Assembly (NCBI GenBank): GCA_017302505.1
Contig: JAFLDH010000005.1
Coordinates: 1-32,000, forward strand
Direction: 5' to 3'
Length of the DNA stretch: 32,000 nt
Origin: Burkholderiales bacterium
GTDB lineage: Bacteria; Pseudomonadota; Gammaproteobacteria; Burkholderiales; Burkholderiaceae_C
In this document: in pieces, positions 1 to 7,760 of the stretch
Numbering within the stretch: the first letter of the stretch is position 1
Layout: the number at the start of each line of letters is the position of its first letter
Notes under the pieces: model-generated
What the model was told of the DNA's origin: nothing
What the model saw: the letters and a program-made list of their open reading frames with translations, nothing else
Databases searched by the model: none
Program-made: the position numbers and the translations under genes

Positions 1-1
1 G

Positions 2-634
2 GACCTGCCCGCCTGCCTCGCGCCGGATGGCTCGTTGCGCCGTGCGCCGTGGCTGGCGCTGTCCGCTGCCCGGCGGGCGAACCTGCTGCGGGCCTGGCTG
101 GCTGGCGACGCCGGCCTACCGGTGCCCGACAGCTTGGTGCAGCGTCTGCTGGCGGAGCTGCCTCGGGCCGCCGCCGGCAGCGCTTGGCCCGGCCCGGGCG
201 GTTTGCTGCGGCTGCATGCCGGCGCGTTGCATACACTGCCGCCCGAAACGCCCGCACCGGTACCGCCCGAGCGGCTGGCCATCGACCTGCGGCGTCCCGG
301 GCGCCACCCGGTGCCGCCCTGGGGCGGGCACTTTGTCGTCACCTCGGTCGCCCAGGGCGGCCTTGCACCCGAACTGCTGCGCCAGGCTGAATTGCGGCCG
401 CGGCGTGGCGGTGAACGCTTCCAGGCCGCACCCGGCAGCCTGCCGCGCAGCCTGAAGCTGCAGTTCCAGGCGGCGGGGGTGCCGGCCTGGCAGCGCGGCG
501 GGCCCTTGTTGTTTGCCGGCGAGCGGCTGCTGTTCGTGCCCGGCCTGGGGCTGGATGCGCGCTGCCTGGCGCCGGCCGGCAGCCCGATGCGCGGCCTGCG
601 CTGGCAGGCCGGGGCAGCCGACCCGGCAGGCTAA
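2..634 (+). CDS. tilS: tRNA(Ile)-lysidine synthase, C-terminal part (5' end lies outside the window)
   Basis: The frame is open from the window edge to the stop at 632-634. The C-terminal block RPRRGGERFQ..SLKLQFQAAGVPAWQR..PLLFAGERLLFVPGLG is typical of the TilS C-domain. It sits immediately upstream of aspartokinase, as in many betaproteobacteria. Confidence 0.75.
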   Translation, partial: DLPACLAPDGSLRRAPWLALSAARRANLLRAWLAGDAGLPVPDSLVQRLLAELPRAAAGSAWPGPGGLLRLHAGALHTLPPETPAPVPPERLAIDLRRPGRHPVPPWGGHFVVTSVAQGGLAPELLRQAELRPRRGGERFQAAPGSLPRSLKLQFQAAGVPAWQRGGPLLFAGERLLFVPGLGLDARCLAPAGSPMRGLRWQAGAADPAG

Positions 635-684
635 AATGCTGGGTTTCCTGCGCCGCCGGCGCCGGACTGACCCCAACCCCCGCC

Positions 685-1956
685 ATGGCTCTCATCGTTC
701 ACAAATACGGTGGCACGTCGATGGGCTCGACCGAGCGCATCCGCAATGTCGCCAAGCGCGTCGCCAAATGGGTGCGCGCCGGACACCAGCTGGTCGTCGT
801 GCCTTCGGCGATGAGCGGCGAGACCAACCGCCTGCTGGGCCTTGCCAAGGAACTGTCGCCCGACAAGCCCAGCGCGCAGAGCTTCCGCGAGCTGGACCAG
901 ATCGCCGCCACCGGCGAGCAGGTGTCGGTGGGCCTGCTGTCGCTGGCGCTGATGGCGGAAGGCCTGGAGGCCGTCAGCTACGCCGGCTGGCAGGTGCCGA
1001 TCCGCACCGATTCGTCCTTCACCAAGGCACGCATCCAGGCCATCGACGACGTCCGCGTGCGCGCCGACCTGGCCGCCGGCAAGGTGGTGGTCATCACCGG
1101 CTTCCAGGGCGTGGACGAGCAGGGCAACATCACCACGCTGGGCCGCGGTGGTTCGGACACCTCGGCGGTGGCGGTGGCCGCGGCCATGAAGGCCGACGAG
1201 TGCCTCATCTACACCGACGTCGACGGCGTCTACACCACCGACCCACGCATCGTGCCCGAGGCGCGGCGCCTGCAGACGGTGAGCTTCGAGGAAATGCTGG
1301 AGATGGCCAGCCTGGGCTCCAAGGTGCTGCAGATCCGCTCGGTGGAGTTCGCCGGCAAGTACCGGGTGCCGCTGCGCGTGCTGTCCAGCTTCACGCCCTG
1401 GGACATCGACCTGGCCGAGGAGGCTTCCTCCGGCACCCTGATCACCTTCGAGGAAGACGAAAAGATGGAACAAGCTGTCGTGTCCGGCATCGCCTTCACC
1501 CGCGACGAGGCCAAGATCACCGTGGTCGGCGTGCCCGACCGGCCCGGCATCGCCTACCAGATCCTGGGGGCCATCGCCGAGGCCAACATCGATGTGGACG
1601 TGATCGTGCAGAACGTGTCGCACGGCGGGCGCACCGATTTCTCGTTTACCGTCAACCGCAACGACTACGCCCGCGCGCTGGACATCCTGAAGGGCGGCGT
1701 CGGGCCGGCCACCGGCGCGGCCGAGGTGACCGGCGACCCGCGCATCTGCAAGGTGTCGATCGTGGGCATCGGCATGCGCAGCCATGTCGGCGTGGCGGCC
1801 AAGATGTTCCGCACCCTCAGCGAGGAGGGCATCAACATCCAGATGGTGACCACCAGCGAGATCAAGACCAGCGTGGTCATCGACGAGAAGTACATGGAAC
1901 TGGCCGTGCGCGCGCTGCACAAGGCCTTCGACCTGGAACAGGCGCCGGCGGCCTGA
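685..1956 (+). CDS. lysC: aspartate kinase
   Basis: 423 aa. N-terminus MALIVHKYGGTSMGS (amino-acid kinase KYGGTS motif), a GRGGSDTSAVAVAAA block and tandem C-terminal ACT-like regions (KITVVGVPDRPGIA.., KVSIVGIGMRSHVGVAAKMF). Confidence 0.95.
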   Translation: MALIVHKYGGTSMGSTERIRNVAKRVAKWVRAGHQLVVVPSAMSGETNRLLGLAKELSPDKPSAQSFRELDQIAATGEQVSVGLLSLALMAEGLEAVSYAGWQVPIRTDSSFTKARIQAIDDVRVRADLAAGKVVVITGFQGVDEQGNITTLGRGGSDTSAVAVAAAMKADECLIYTDVDGVYTTDPRIVPEARRLQTVSFEEMLEMASLGSKVLQIRSVEFAGKYRVPLRVLSSFTPWDIDLAEEASSGTLITFEEDEKMEQAVVSGIAFTRDEAKITVVGVPDRPGIAYQILGAIAEANIDVDVIVQNVSHGGRTDFSFTVNRNDYARALDILKGGVGPATGAAEVTGDPRICKVSIVGIGMRSHVGVAAKMFRTLSEEGINIQMVTTSEIKTSVVIDEKYMELAVRALHKAFDLEQAPAA

Positions 1957-1993
1957 GCCGGCCCCTGGCGGGGTAGAATCCTGCCCATTCCGC

Positions 1994-2086
1994 GGAGCTG
2001 TGACCGAGTGGCCGAAGGTGCTCCCCTGCTAAGGGAGTATGCGGGCAAAACCTGCATCGAGGGTTCGAATCCCTCCGGCTCCGCCA
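1994..2086 (+). tRNA. tRNA-Ser (anticodon GCT, reads AGC/AGT), 93 nt including encoded CCA
   Basis: Acceptor stem GGAGCTG/CGGCTCC. Anticodon stem CTCCC/GGGAG with loop CTGCTAA. Long variable arm TATGCGGGCAAAACCTGCATC. T arm GAGGG-TTCGAAT-CCCTC. Terminal GCCA. Confidence 0.93.
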
Positions 2087-2191
2087 ACCATGTTCCCGGC
2101 CTTGCGGCGGTTCGTGCAACTGCGTAAGGCTGCCGCCAGCGCCAGGCGCTAAGGTCGGTGTCTTGTAATCTACTTGGACAAGGAGGCGAGC

Positions 2192-3376
2192 ATGAGCAAG
2201 CGTGATGTAGTGGTCCTGGGCGCAGCCCGGTCGGCGATCGGTACCTTCAACGGCTCGCTGGCCGACATCGAGCCGGCAGAACTGGCCGGCACCGTCATGA
2301 AGGAGGCGGTCAAGCGCTCCGGCGTCGACCCCAAGAGCATCAACTACGTGACGGTGGGCAACTGCATTCCCACCGAAAGCCGCTATCCCTACGTGGCCCG
2401 CGTGGCCTCCATTCAAGCCGGCCTGCCGATGGATTCGGTGGCGATGGCCGTCAACCGCCTGTGCTCGTCGGGCCTGCAGGGCATCGTCACCACCGCGCAG
2501 AACATCCTGTTGGGTGACTGCGACTACGGCGTCGGCGGCGGCGTCGAGGTGATGAGCCGCGGCGCCTACCTGAGCCCGCAACTGCGCAGCGGCGCCCGCA
2601 TGGGCGACGTGAAGATGGTCGACGCGATGGTCGCCGCGCTGACCGACCCGTTCGGCGTCGGCCACATGGGCATCACCGCTGAAAACCTGGTGACCAAGTG
2701 GGGCATCACCCGCGAGGAACAGGACGCGCTGGCCGTCGAATCGCACCGCCGTGCGGCCGCCGCCATCGCCGAGGGCCGCTTCAAGAGCCAGATCGTCCCG
2801 ATCGTCAAGCAGACCCGCAAGGGCGAGGTCACCTTCGACACCGACGAGCATGTGAAGGCGGGCACCACGCTCGAGACGCTGGCCAAGATGAAGCCGGCCT
2901 TCAAGAAGGACGGCAGCGTCACCGCCGGCAATGCGTCGGGCATCAACGACGGCGCGGCCTTCTTCGTGCTGGCCGATGCGGCCCGTGCTGCGGCCGACGG
3001 CCACAAGCCGCTGGCGCGCCTGGTGTCCTATGCCGTGGCCGGTGTGCCGAACGAGATCATGGGCGAAGGCCCGATCCCGGCCACCAAGCTGGCGCTGAAG
3101 AAGGGCGGCCTGACGCTCGACCAGATGGACGTGATCGAGAGCAACGAGGCCTTCGCGGCCCAGGCGATCGCGGTCGCGCGCGGCCTGGAACTGGACATGA
3201 AGAAGACCAACCCGAACGGCGGCGCCATCGCGCTGGGCCACCCGATCGGCTGCTCGGGCGCCTTCCTGGCCACCAAGGCGGTCTATGAACTGCACCGCAC
3301 CGGCGGCCGCTATGCGCTGGTCACGATGTGCATCGGCGGCGGCCAGGGTATTGCCGCGGTGTTCGAGCGCGTCTGA
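2192..3376 (+). CDS. acetyl-CoA C-acetyltransferase (thiolase II family)
   Basis: MSKRDVVVLGAARSAIGTFNGSL; nucleophile context NRLCSSGLQ; GNASGINDGAA; C-terminal GHPIGCSGA and CIGGGQG. AGGAGG at 2181-2186 precedes ATG 2192, so the track's TTG start at 2174 is not used. Confidence 0.93.
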   Translation: MSKRDVVVLGAARSAIGTFNGSLADIEPAELAGTVMKEAVKRSGVDPKSINYVTVGNCIPTESRYPYVARVASIQAGLPMDSVAMAVNRLCSSGLQGIVTTAQNILLGDCDYGVGGGVEVMSRGAYLSPQLRSGARMGDVKMVDAMVAALTDPFGVGHMGITAENLVTKWGITREEQDALAVESHRRAAAAIAEGRFKSQIVPIVKQTRKGEVTFDTDEHVKAGTTLETLAKMKPAFKKDGSVTAGNASGINDGAAFFVLADAARAAADGHKPLARLVSYAVAGVPNEIMGEGPIPATKLALKKGGLTLDQMDVIESNEAFAAQAIAVARGLELDMKKTNPNGGAIALGHPIGCSGAFLATKAVYELHRTGGRYALVTMCIGGGQGIAAVFERV

Positions 3377-3397
3377 CGTCGCACGGCACCCCAGCAG

Positions 3398-3427
3398 AAG
3401 CGGGCCCTCGGGCCCGCTTTGTTTTGG
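3398..3427. terminator. hairpin between the convergent thiolase and decarboxylase genes
   Basis: 9-bp stem AAGCGGGCC (3398-3406) / GGCCCGCTT (3411-3419), loop CTCG, followed by TGTTTTGG. Confidence 0.7.
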
Positions 3428-3428
3428 C

Positions 3429-5150
3429 TCAGCCCTGCTGGGCTGGCGGCCGCGAGTTGGCCGCGGCCACGCGGCTGCCCCATTCCAGCAGCTCCTTGGT
3501 GCAGTCGTCGCGGTCCAGCGCGCATTCGATCAGCACCAGGCCGTCGTGCTGGCGGGCCCGCTCGATGGCCGCGGCCAGCTCGGCGCTGGTGGCTGCCTTC
3601 AGGCCCAGGCCGTTGCCCTCGCCGGCATTGAACACCGCCACCAGCCCGGCGTAGTCCCAGTTCTTGATGTTGTTGTACGGGCCGTCGTGGATCTCCACCT
3701 CGATGGTGTAGCCGCGGTTGTTCAGCAGGAAGATGATCGGGTTGGCGCCGTAGCGGATCATCGTCGAGACTTCCTGCGCCGTCAGCTGGAAGGAGCCGTC
3801 GCCGATCAGCGCCACCGTGCGGCGCTGCGGGCCGGCGCCGATGGCCACGCCCAGCGTGGCGCCGGTCGCCCAGCCGATGGAGCCGTACTGCATCTGGAAG
3901 TGGTAGCCGGCGCCTGCGGGCAGGCTGAGCTTCTGGCCGTTGAACCAGGAATCGCCCGTCTCCACCACCAGCTGCGTGCTCGGCCCCAGCAGCTGCTGCA
4001 CATGGGCGCGCAGCTCGCGCAGCGCCAGCCGGCTGTCGGCGACCGGCGGCAGGGAAGGGGCCGTGGCCTGGTGCAGCCGCTGGTAGGCGGCCAGCGAGGC
4101 ATCCTTCTTTGGCGCACGCGCCGCCAGCGCGGCGATGAAGTCCGCCAGCCGCACGTTGTGGAACGGCGTGCCGGCCACCGTTACCCGGTCGGGGTCGATG
4201 GTGATGGCCTTCTTGTGGTTGACCAGTGCCGTCCAGCCGACGGTGGTGTAGTCGTTGAAGATCGGCCCGGCGAAGATCTGGTAGTCGCTGGATTCGATGA
4301 CCTCGGCGCAGTCCTCGCTGCTGACCTCGCCCCAGTAGGTGCCGATGAAGCCGGGGTGGTTCTCGCGCAGCAGGCCCTTGGCGTTGGGCATCACCGCCAC
4401 TGCACAGCCCAGCGCATCGGCCAGCTGCTCGAAGGCGCCTTGCGCGCCGGCTGGCGCGATCTTCACACCGGCCAGCAGCACCGGCTTGACGGCCGCGTTC
4501 AGGTGGGTGAGGGCGGCTTCCACGGCGGCGCCCAGCGAAGCGGCATCGCTGGGCAATGGGGCAGGGGGCAGCGTCATCGGCCCCGGCGCTGGCACACGGG
4601 CATTGGCCAGGTTGCAGGCGATCTCCAGGTACACCGGCTTGCGCTCGCGCAGGCACAGCGTCAGCGCCTCGTCGATCAGCGCCGGCGCGTCGTCCAGGTG
4701 GCGGATGACGATGGCCTTGCGCACCACCGGCGCGAAGCACTGGGCGGCCTGGTAGAAGTCCTTCTCGCCGATGGTGTGGTGCAGCACATGGTGCGCGCCG
4801 GCGTCGTTGCTGTTGGGCCCGCCCGAGATCACCAGCACCGGCAGGTCGTCGGAGTACGAGCCGGCGATGGCATTCAGCAGGCTGGTGGCGCCGACCATGT
4901 AGGTCGCCACCACCATCGAGAAGCCGCGCACCCGCGCGTAGCCGTCGGCCGCGTAGCCGGCGTTCAGCTCGTTGCAGCAGCCGATCATGCGCAGGCCCGG
5001 CTGCTTCAGCAGCTCGTCCAGCAGCACCAGGTTGTAGTCGCCGGGCACACCGAAGAAATCGGTCAGGCCGGCCTGGGCGACGCGGGCAGCCAGATAGCCG
5101 CCGAGCGTGGTGGTAGGGGTGGACGACAAGCGGGTTCCTCCTTCAGACAT
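3429..5150 (-). CDS. thiamine-diphosphate-dependent 2-keto-acid decarboxylase (pyruvate/indolepyruvate/phenylpyruvate decarboxylase family)
   Basis: 573 aa. N-terminal TPP-pyrimidine domain (FGVPGDYNLVLLDEL). C-terminal TPP-binding motif IGDGSFQLTAQEVSTMIRYGANPIIFLLNNRGYTIE. The substrate cannot be read from sequence. Confidence 0.85.
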   Translation of the reverse strand: MSEGGTRLSSTPTTTLGGYLAARVAQAGLTDFFGVPGDYNLVLLDELLKQPGLRMIGCCNELNAGYAADGYARVRGFSMVVATYMVGATSLLNAIAGSYSDDLPVLVISGGPNSNDAGAHHVLHHTIGEKDFYQAAQCFAPVVRKAIVIRHLDDAPALIDEALTLCLRERKPVYLEIACNLANARVPAPGPMTLPPAPLPSDAASLGAAVEAALTHLNAAVKPVLLAGVKIAPAGAQGAFEQLADALGCAVAVMPNAKGLLRENHPGFIGTYWGEVSSEDCAEVIESSDYQIFAGPIFNDYTTVGWTALVNHKKAITIDPDRVTVAGTPFHNVRLADFIAALAARAPKKDASLAAYQRLHQATAPSLPPVADSRLALRELRAHVQQLLGPSTQLVVETGDSWFNGQKLSLPAGAGYHFQMQYGSIGWATGATLGVAIGAGPQRRTVALIGDGSFQLTAQEVSTMIRYGANPIIFLLNNRGYTIEVEIHDGPYNNIKNWDYAGLVAVFNAGEGNGLGLKAATSAELAAAIERARQHDGLVLIECALDRDDCTKELLEWGSRVAAANSRPPAQQG

Positions 5151-6777
5151 AGTTCTGGTAGACCGGCGTGTAGGCGTAGCTGCGCACGTGCTGGGCGATG
5201 TCGGCCGGCCGCGGCACGCGCGCCAGGCCGCGGTCGAAGATCAGCTGCGCCACGCGCGTGGCGGCATGCAGCGAGGCTTCCAGGATGTGGCTCTGCGGCG
5301 GGTAGATCAGGCCACTGTCCAGCTGCGCCTGTGTCACCTGTTCGGCCACCGCCTGCGCGGTGCAGATGAACATCTCCTGCGTGACGCGGCTGGCCTCGGT
5401 GGCCAGCACCGCCAGGCCCATGGCCGGGAAGATGTAGACGTTGTTGCCCTGGCCGGGGATGAAGGTCTTGCCGCCGAGCGTCACCGGGTCGAAGGGGCTG
5501 CCGCTGGCGAAGATGGCACGGCCCTGCGACCAGGTGTAGGCCTCCTGCGCGGTGCATTCCGAGCGCGAGGTCGGGTTCGAGTAGGGGAAGATGATCGGCC
5601 GCGCATTGATGCGGCTCATCGCCTCGATCACCGCCTGGTTGAAGAGCTTGGGCACCGTGCTGACGCCGATGATCACCGTCGGCTTGATCGCCTCGATGGC
5701 GGCCACGAAGCTGGCTACCGCCGGGTGCGCGTGCGAGAAGGGTTTCTGGAAGTCGGTGAGGTCGGTGCGCGCCTGGGTGATCAGGCCGTTGACGTCGTAC
5801 AGCCAGTTGCGGGCGCGCGCCTGCTCGAGGGTCAGGCCCTCCAGTGCCATCGCCTCGCTGATCAGTTCGGCAATGCCGGTGGCCGCGGCGCCGCCGCCCA
5901 GGAACAGCACGGTCTGCTGGCTGAGCTTCTCGCCCTTGATGCGGATGCCGCCGTAAAGCCCGGCCAGCGCCACGGCCGCCGTGCCCTGGATGTCATCGTT
6001 GTAGGTGCAGATCTTGTCGCGGTAGCGGTCCAGGATGCCGTAGGCATTGAAGTTGGCGAAGTCCTCCCACTGGATGCAGCACTTGGGGTACAGGTCCTGC
6101 ACCGCGCTGACGAACTCGTCGATGAAGGCCATGTACGCGGCCCCGCGCACCCGTTCGCTGCGCAGGCCCAGGTACAGCGGGTCGTCCTGCAGGCTGGCGT
6201 TGTTGGTGCCGACGTCCAGCGTGATCGGCAGCGTCAGGTCCGGCGGCACGCCGGCGCAGGCGGTGTACAGCGCCAGCTTGCCGATCGGGATGCCCATACC
6301 GCCCACACCCAGGTCGCCCAGGCCCAGGATGCGTTCGCCGTCGGTGACGACGATGAAGCGCACGTCCTTCTCGGGCCAGTTCTGCATCAGCTGCTTGATC
6401 CGGCCCTTGGCCGTGATCGGCAGGTACAGCCCGCGCGTGCCGCGGAAGAAATGGTCGAACTTCTGGCAGGCCTCGCCGACGGTGGGCGTATAGACCAGCG
6501 GCATGAAGTGCGCCGGGTCGGACATCAGCACCGCGTAGTACAGCGTCTGGTTGCGGCTTTGCAGGTCCGACAGGAACAGGTACTTCTGCAGGTCGTCAGG
6601 GATGGCCTCCAGCTGGCCGTGGATGCGCGCGATCTGCATGTGCAGGTCCTGCACCAGGTCCGGCAAGAGGCCGTTCAGGCCCAGGGCCTCGCGTTCAGCC
6701 TGTGTGAAGGCCGAGCCCTTGTTGTAGCGGGCGTTGTGCAGCAGCGCGTAGCCGCGCAGTTCGGTGGGGAGCGTCAT
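5143..6777 (-). CDS. maeA: NAD-dependent malic enzyme
   Basis: LLHNARYNKGSAFTQAEREALGLNGLLP, YNDDIQGTAAVALAG and Rossmann motif FLGGGAAATGIAELI. Start moved to ATG 6777 (MTLPTELRGY); the track's extra 29 codons are Pro/Gly-rich and look like upstream read-through. The 3' end overlaps the decarboxylase start by 8 nt. Confidence 0.9.
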   Translation of the reverse strand: MTLPTELRGYALLHNARYNKGSAFTQAEREALGLNGLLPDLVQDLHMQIARIHGQLEAIPDDLQKYLFLSDLQSRNQTLYYAVLMSDPAHFMPLVYTPTVGEACQKFDHFFRGTRGLYLPITAKGRIKQLMQNWPEKDVRFIVVTDGERILGLGDLGVGGMGIPIGKLALYTACAGVPPDLTLPITLDVGTNNASLQDDPLYLGLRSERVRGAAYMAFIDEFVSAVQDLYPKCCIQWEDFANFNAYGILDRYRDKICTYNDDIQGTAAVALAGLYGGIRIKGEKLSQQTVLFLGGGAAATGIAELISEAMALEGLTLEQARARNWLYDVNGLITQARTDLTDFQKPFSHAHPAVASFVAAIEAIKPTVIIGVSTVPKLFNQAVIEAMSRINARPIIFPYSNPTSRSECTAQEAYTWSQGRAIFASGSPFDPVTLGGKTFIPGQGNNVYIFPAMGLAVLATEASRVTQEMFICTAQAVAEQVTQAQLDSGLIYPPQSHILEASLHAATRVAQLIFDRGLARVPRPADIAQHVRSYAYTPVYQNYV

Positions 6778-6974
6778 GGTTCGGGGCAGGCCGGGCGCGT
6801 GGCCTGGCGTGAGTGGTGTTGCAAGCGGGCCGCGAGGCCCTGGGATGACACGCCCGCCCAGCAAGTGCTGCGCCGGCCGCTGAAGCGCCCACGGTCAAGC
6901 AGGCAGCGCGCGCATCATCGGTTTGGTATCCAGGCCGGTCAAGGCCGTGGACGTGTCCATCCCGAGAATGAAAA

Positions 6975-6995
6975 CGGGCCGCACAGGGCGGCCCG
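6975..6995 (-). terminator. hairpin with a T-tract on the minus strand
   Basis: 8-bp stem CGGGCCGC (6975-6982) / GCGGCCCG (6988-6995), loop ACAGG. GAAAA at 6970-6974 gives TTTTC after the stem on the minus strand. Confidence 0.55.
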
Positions 6996-6997
6996 GA

Positions 6998-7009
6998 TTC
7001 GCATGCGTC
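6998..7009. repeat. degenerate copy (10/12) of the prophage palindrome, about 25 bp outside the left repeat
   Basis: TTCGCATGCGtc compared with TTCGCATGCGAA. Confidence 0.35.
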
Positions 7010-7024
7010 GACGACGCTGAACGT

Positions 7025-7327
7025 CTATCGTTTAGTTAACATAATATACAAACCATTACCGGGATCGTCCACGCCCAGGGCGCGGGCGAGGGTTTCACGC
7101 TTCGTCGCGTCTTTCTCCTGCGAAAGCACCGCCGCATTGATTGCGGCTTGCACGTTCAAGCCGGCAACAGCGGCGATCCTGCCTGCTAGGGCAGGGGGCA
7201 GCGGTTTCGTGCCGCGATAGACCTTCCCGATGAAGGACTCGTCTTCACCCAGTTTCTGCGCCAACTGGTAGCGGCTGGCTACCATAGAAGTTAGCGCAGC
7301 GTCAATCAGGGATTGTCCGTAGTGCAT
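7025..7327 (-). CDS. phage repressor-like small HTH protein (putative)
   Basis: 100 aa from ATG 7327 (MHYGQSLIDAAL..). Candidate helix-turn-helix SRYQLAQKLGEDESFIGKVYRG. Divergent from the replication module. Its last codons run through the left dif-like repeat. The track's 154-aa version adds an implausible N-terminus. Confidence 0.5.
   Translation of the reverse strand: MHYGQSLIDAALTSMVASRYQLAQKLGEDESFIGKVYRGTKPLPPALAGRIAAVAGLNVQAAINAAVLSQEKDATKRETLARALGVDDPGNGLYIMLTKR
7034..7061. repeat. left dif-like site (attL candidate)
   Basis: AGTTAACATAA-TATACA-AACCATTACCG. The reverse complement of the first 17 nt (TGTATATTATGTTAACT) matches the E. coli dif central region plus XerD arm (TGTATA-TTATGTTAAAT) at 16/17. 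The other arm shows no XerC-arm similarity. Confidence 0.6.
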
Positions 7328-7478
7328 ACCGGTCCTTTGGTCCTGTAGTCTCTGCCCCGTGCTGGGCCATCGGTCCAGCTTGACCGGGGGTCCAGGGGTG
7401 CGCAAGCTACCGCAGTCAATCGAAGAGGTCAACAGGGTTACAGAAACCCTAGAGCGACAAGGGGTCTTCAAGGCCCTG
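7328..7478. promoter_or_regulatory. divergent control region between the repressor-like gene and the replication module
   Basis: Non-coding gap between divergent genes. TTGACC at 7379-7384 is a possible -35 element. No confident -10 element or operator was identified. Confidence 0.3.
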
Positions 7479-7760
7479 ATGGACTTCAAGGCTCGCGATC
7501 ACGTGCAGCTGCGGGTGCGCGGCGAAACGTTGTGCGGCGTGGTCCGTGGCGATTACGAACGCTGGATCAGCGGTTCGGGTGTGCGCGTCAGCGTCAAAAC
7601 GTCCATCGGTGATTTCCGCGTGCGGCCGTTTGACCTGCGCAAGTGTTCGAGCGTAGGGGATGGCCGCTGCGCGTGCGTGGACGGGGCGCGCAGCGCACCG
7701 GCCGCGCTCGCGCGGGCGTCCGGTGTTCCCCCCCTCGGTAACACGGGGGTAGCAGCATGA
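7479..7760 (+). CDS. hypothetical phage protein (93 aa) upstream of rep
   Basis: GC-rich third codon positions. The stop overlaps the rep ATG in ATGA (7757-7760), suggesting translational coupling. Confidence 0.5.
   Translation: MDFKARDHVQLRVRGETLCGVVRGDYERWISGSGVRVSVKTSIGDFRVRPFDLRKCSSVGDGRCACVDGARSAPAALARASGVPPLGNTGVAA

Noticed and set aside
1994-2086. tRNA-Ser as a possible integration hotspot, since some inoviruses and islands target tRNA-Ser.
   Set aside because: The tRNA is intact. No direct repeat of its 3' end was seen downstream. The next gene is an ordinary thiolase. The prophage is 5 kb away with its own repeats.
513-3295. Long track ORFs overlapping lysC and the thiolase (513-1976 +, 631-1920 -, 1877-3295 -, and others).
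   Set aside because: Their translations are Arg/Ala/Gly/Pro/His-rich with no motifs. They are off-frame or antisense to genes with clear signatures. This is typical shadow-ORF behaviour in high-GC DNA.
3285-7020. 694-aa (3285-5369 +), 476-aa (3310-4740 -) and 637-aa (5107-7020 +) ORFs.
   Set aside because: They are antisense or off-frame shadows of the TPP decarboxylase and malic enzyme. Their composition is low-complexity.
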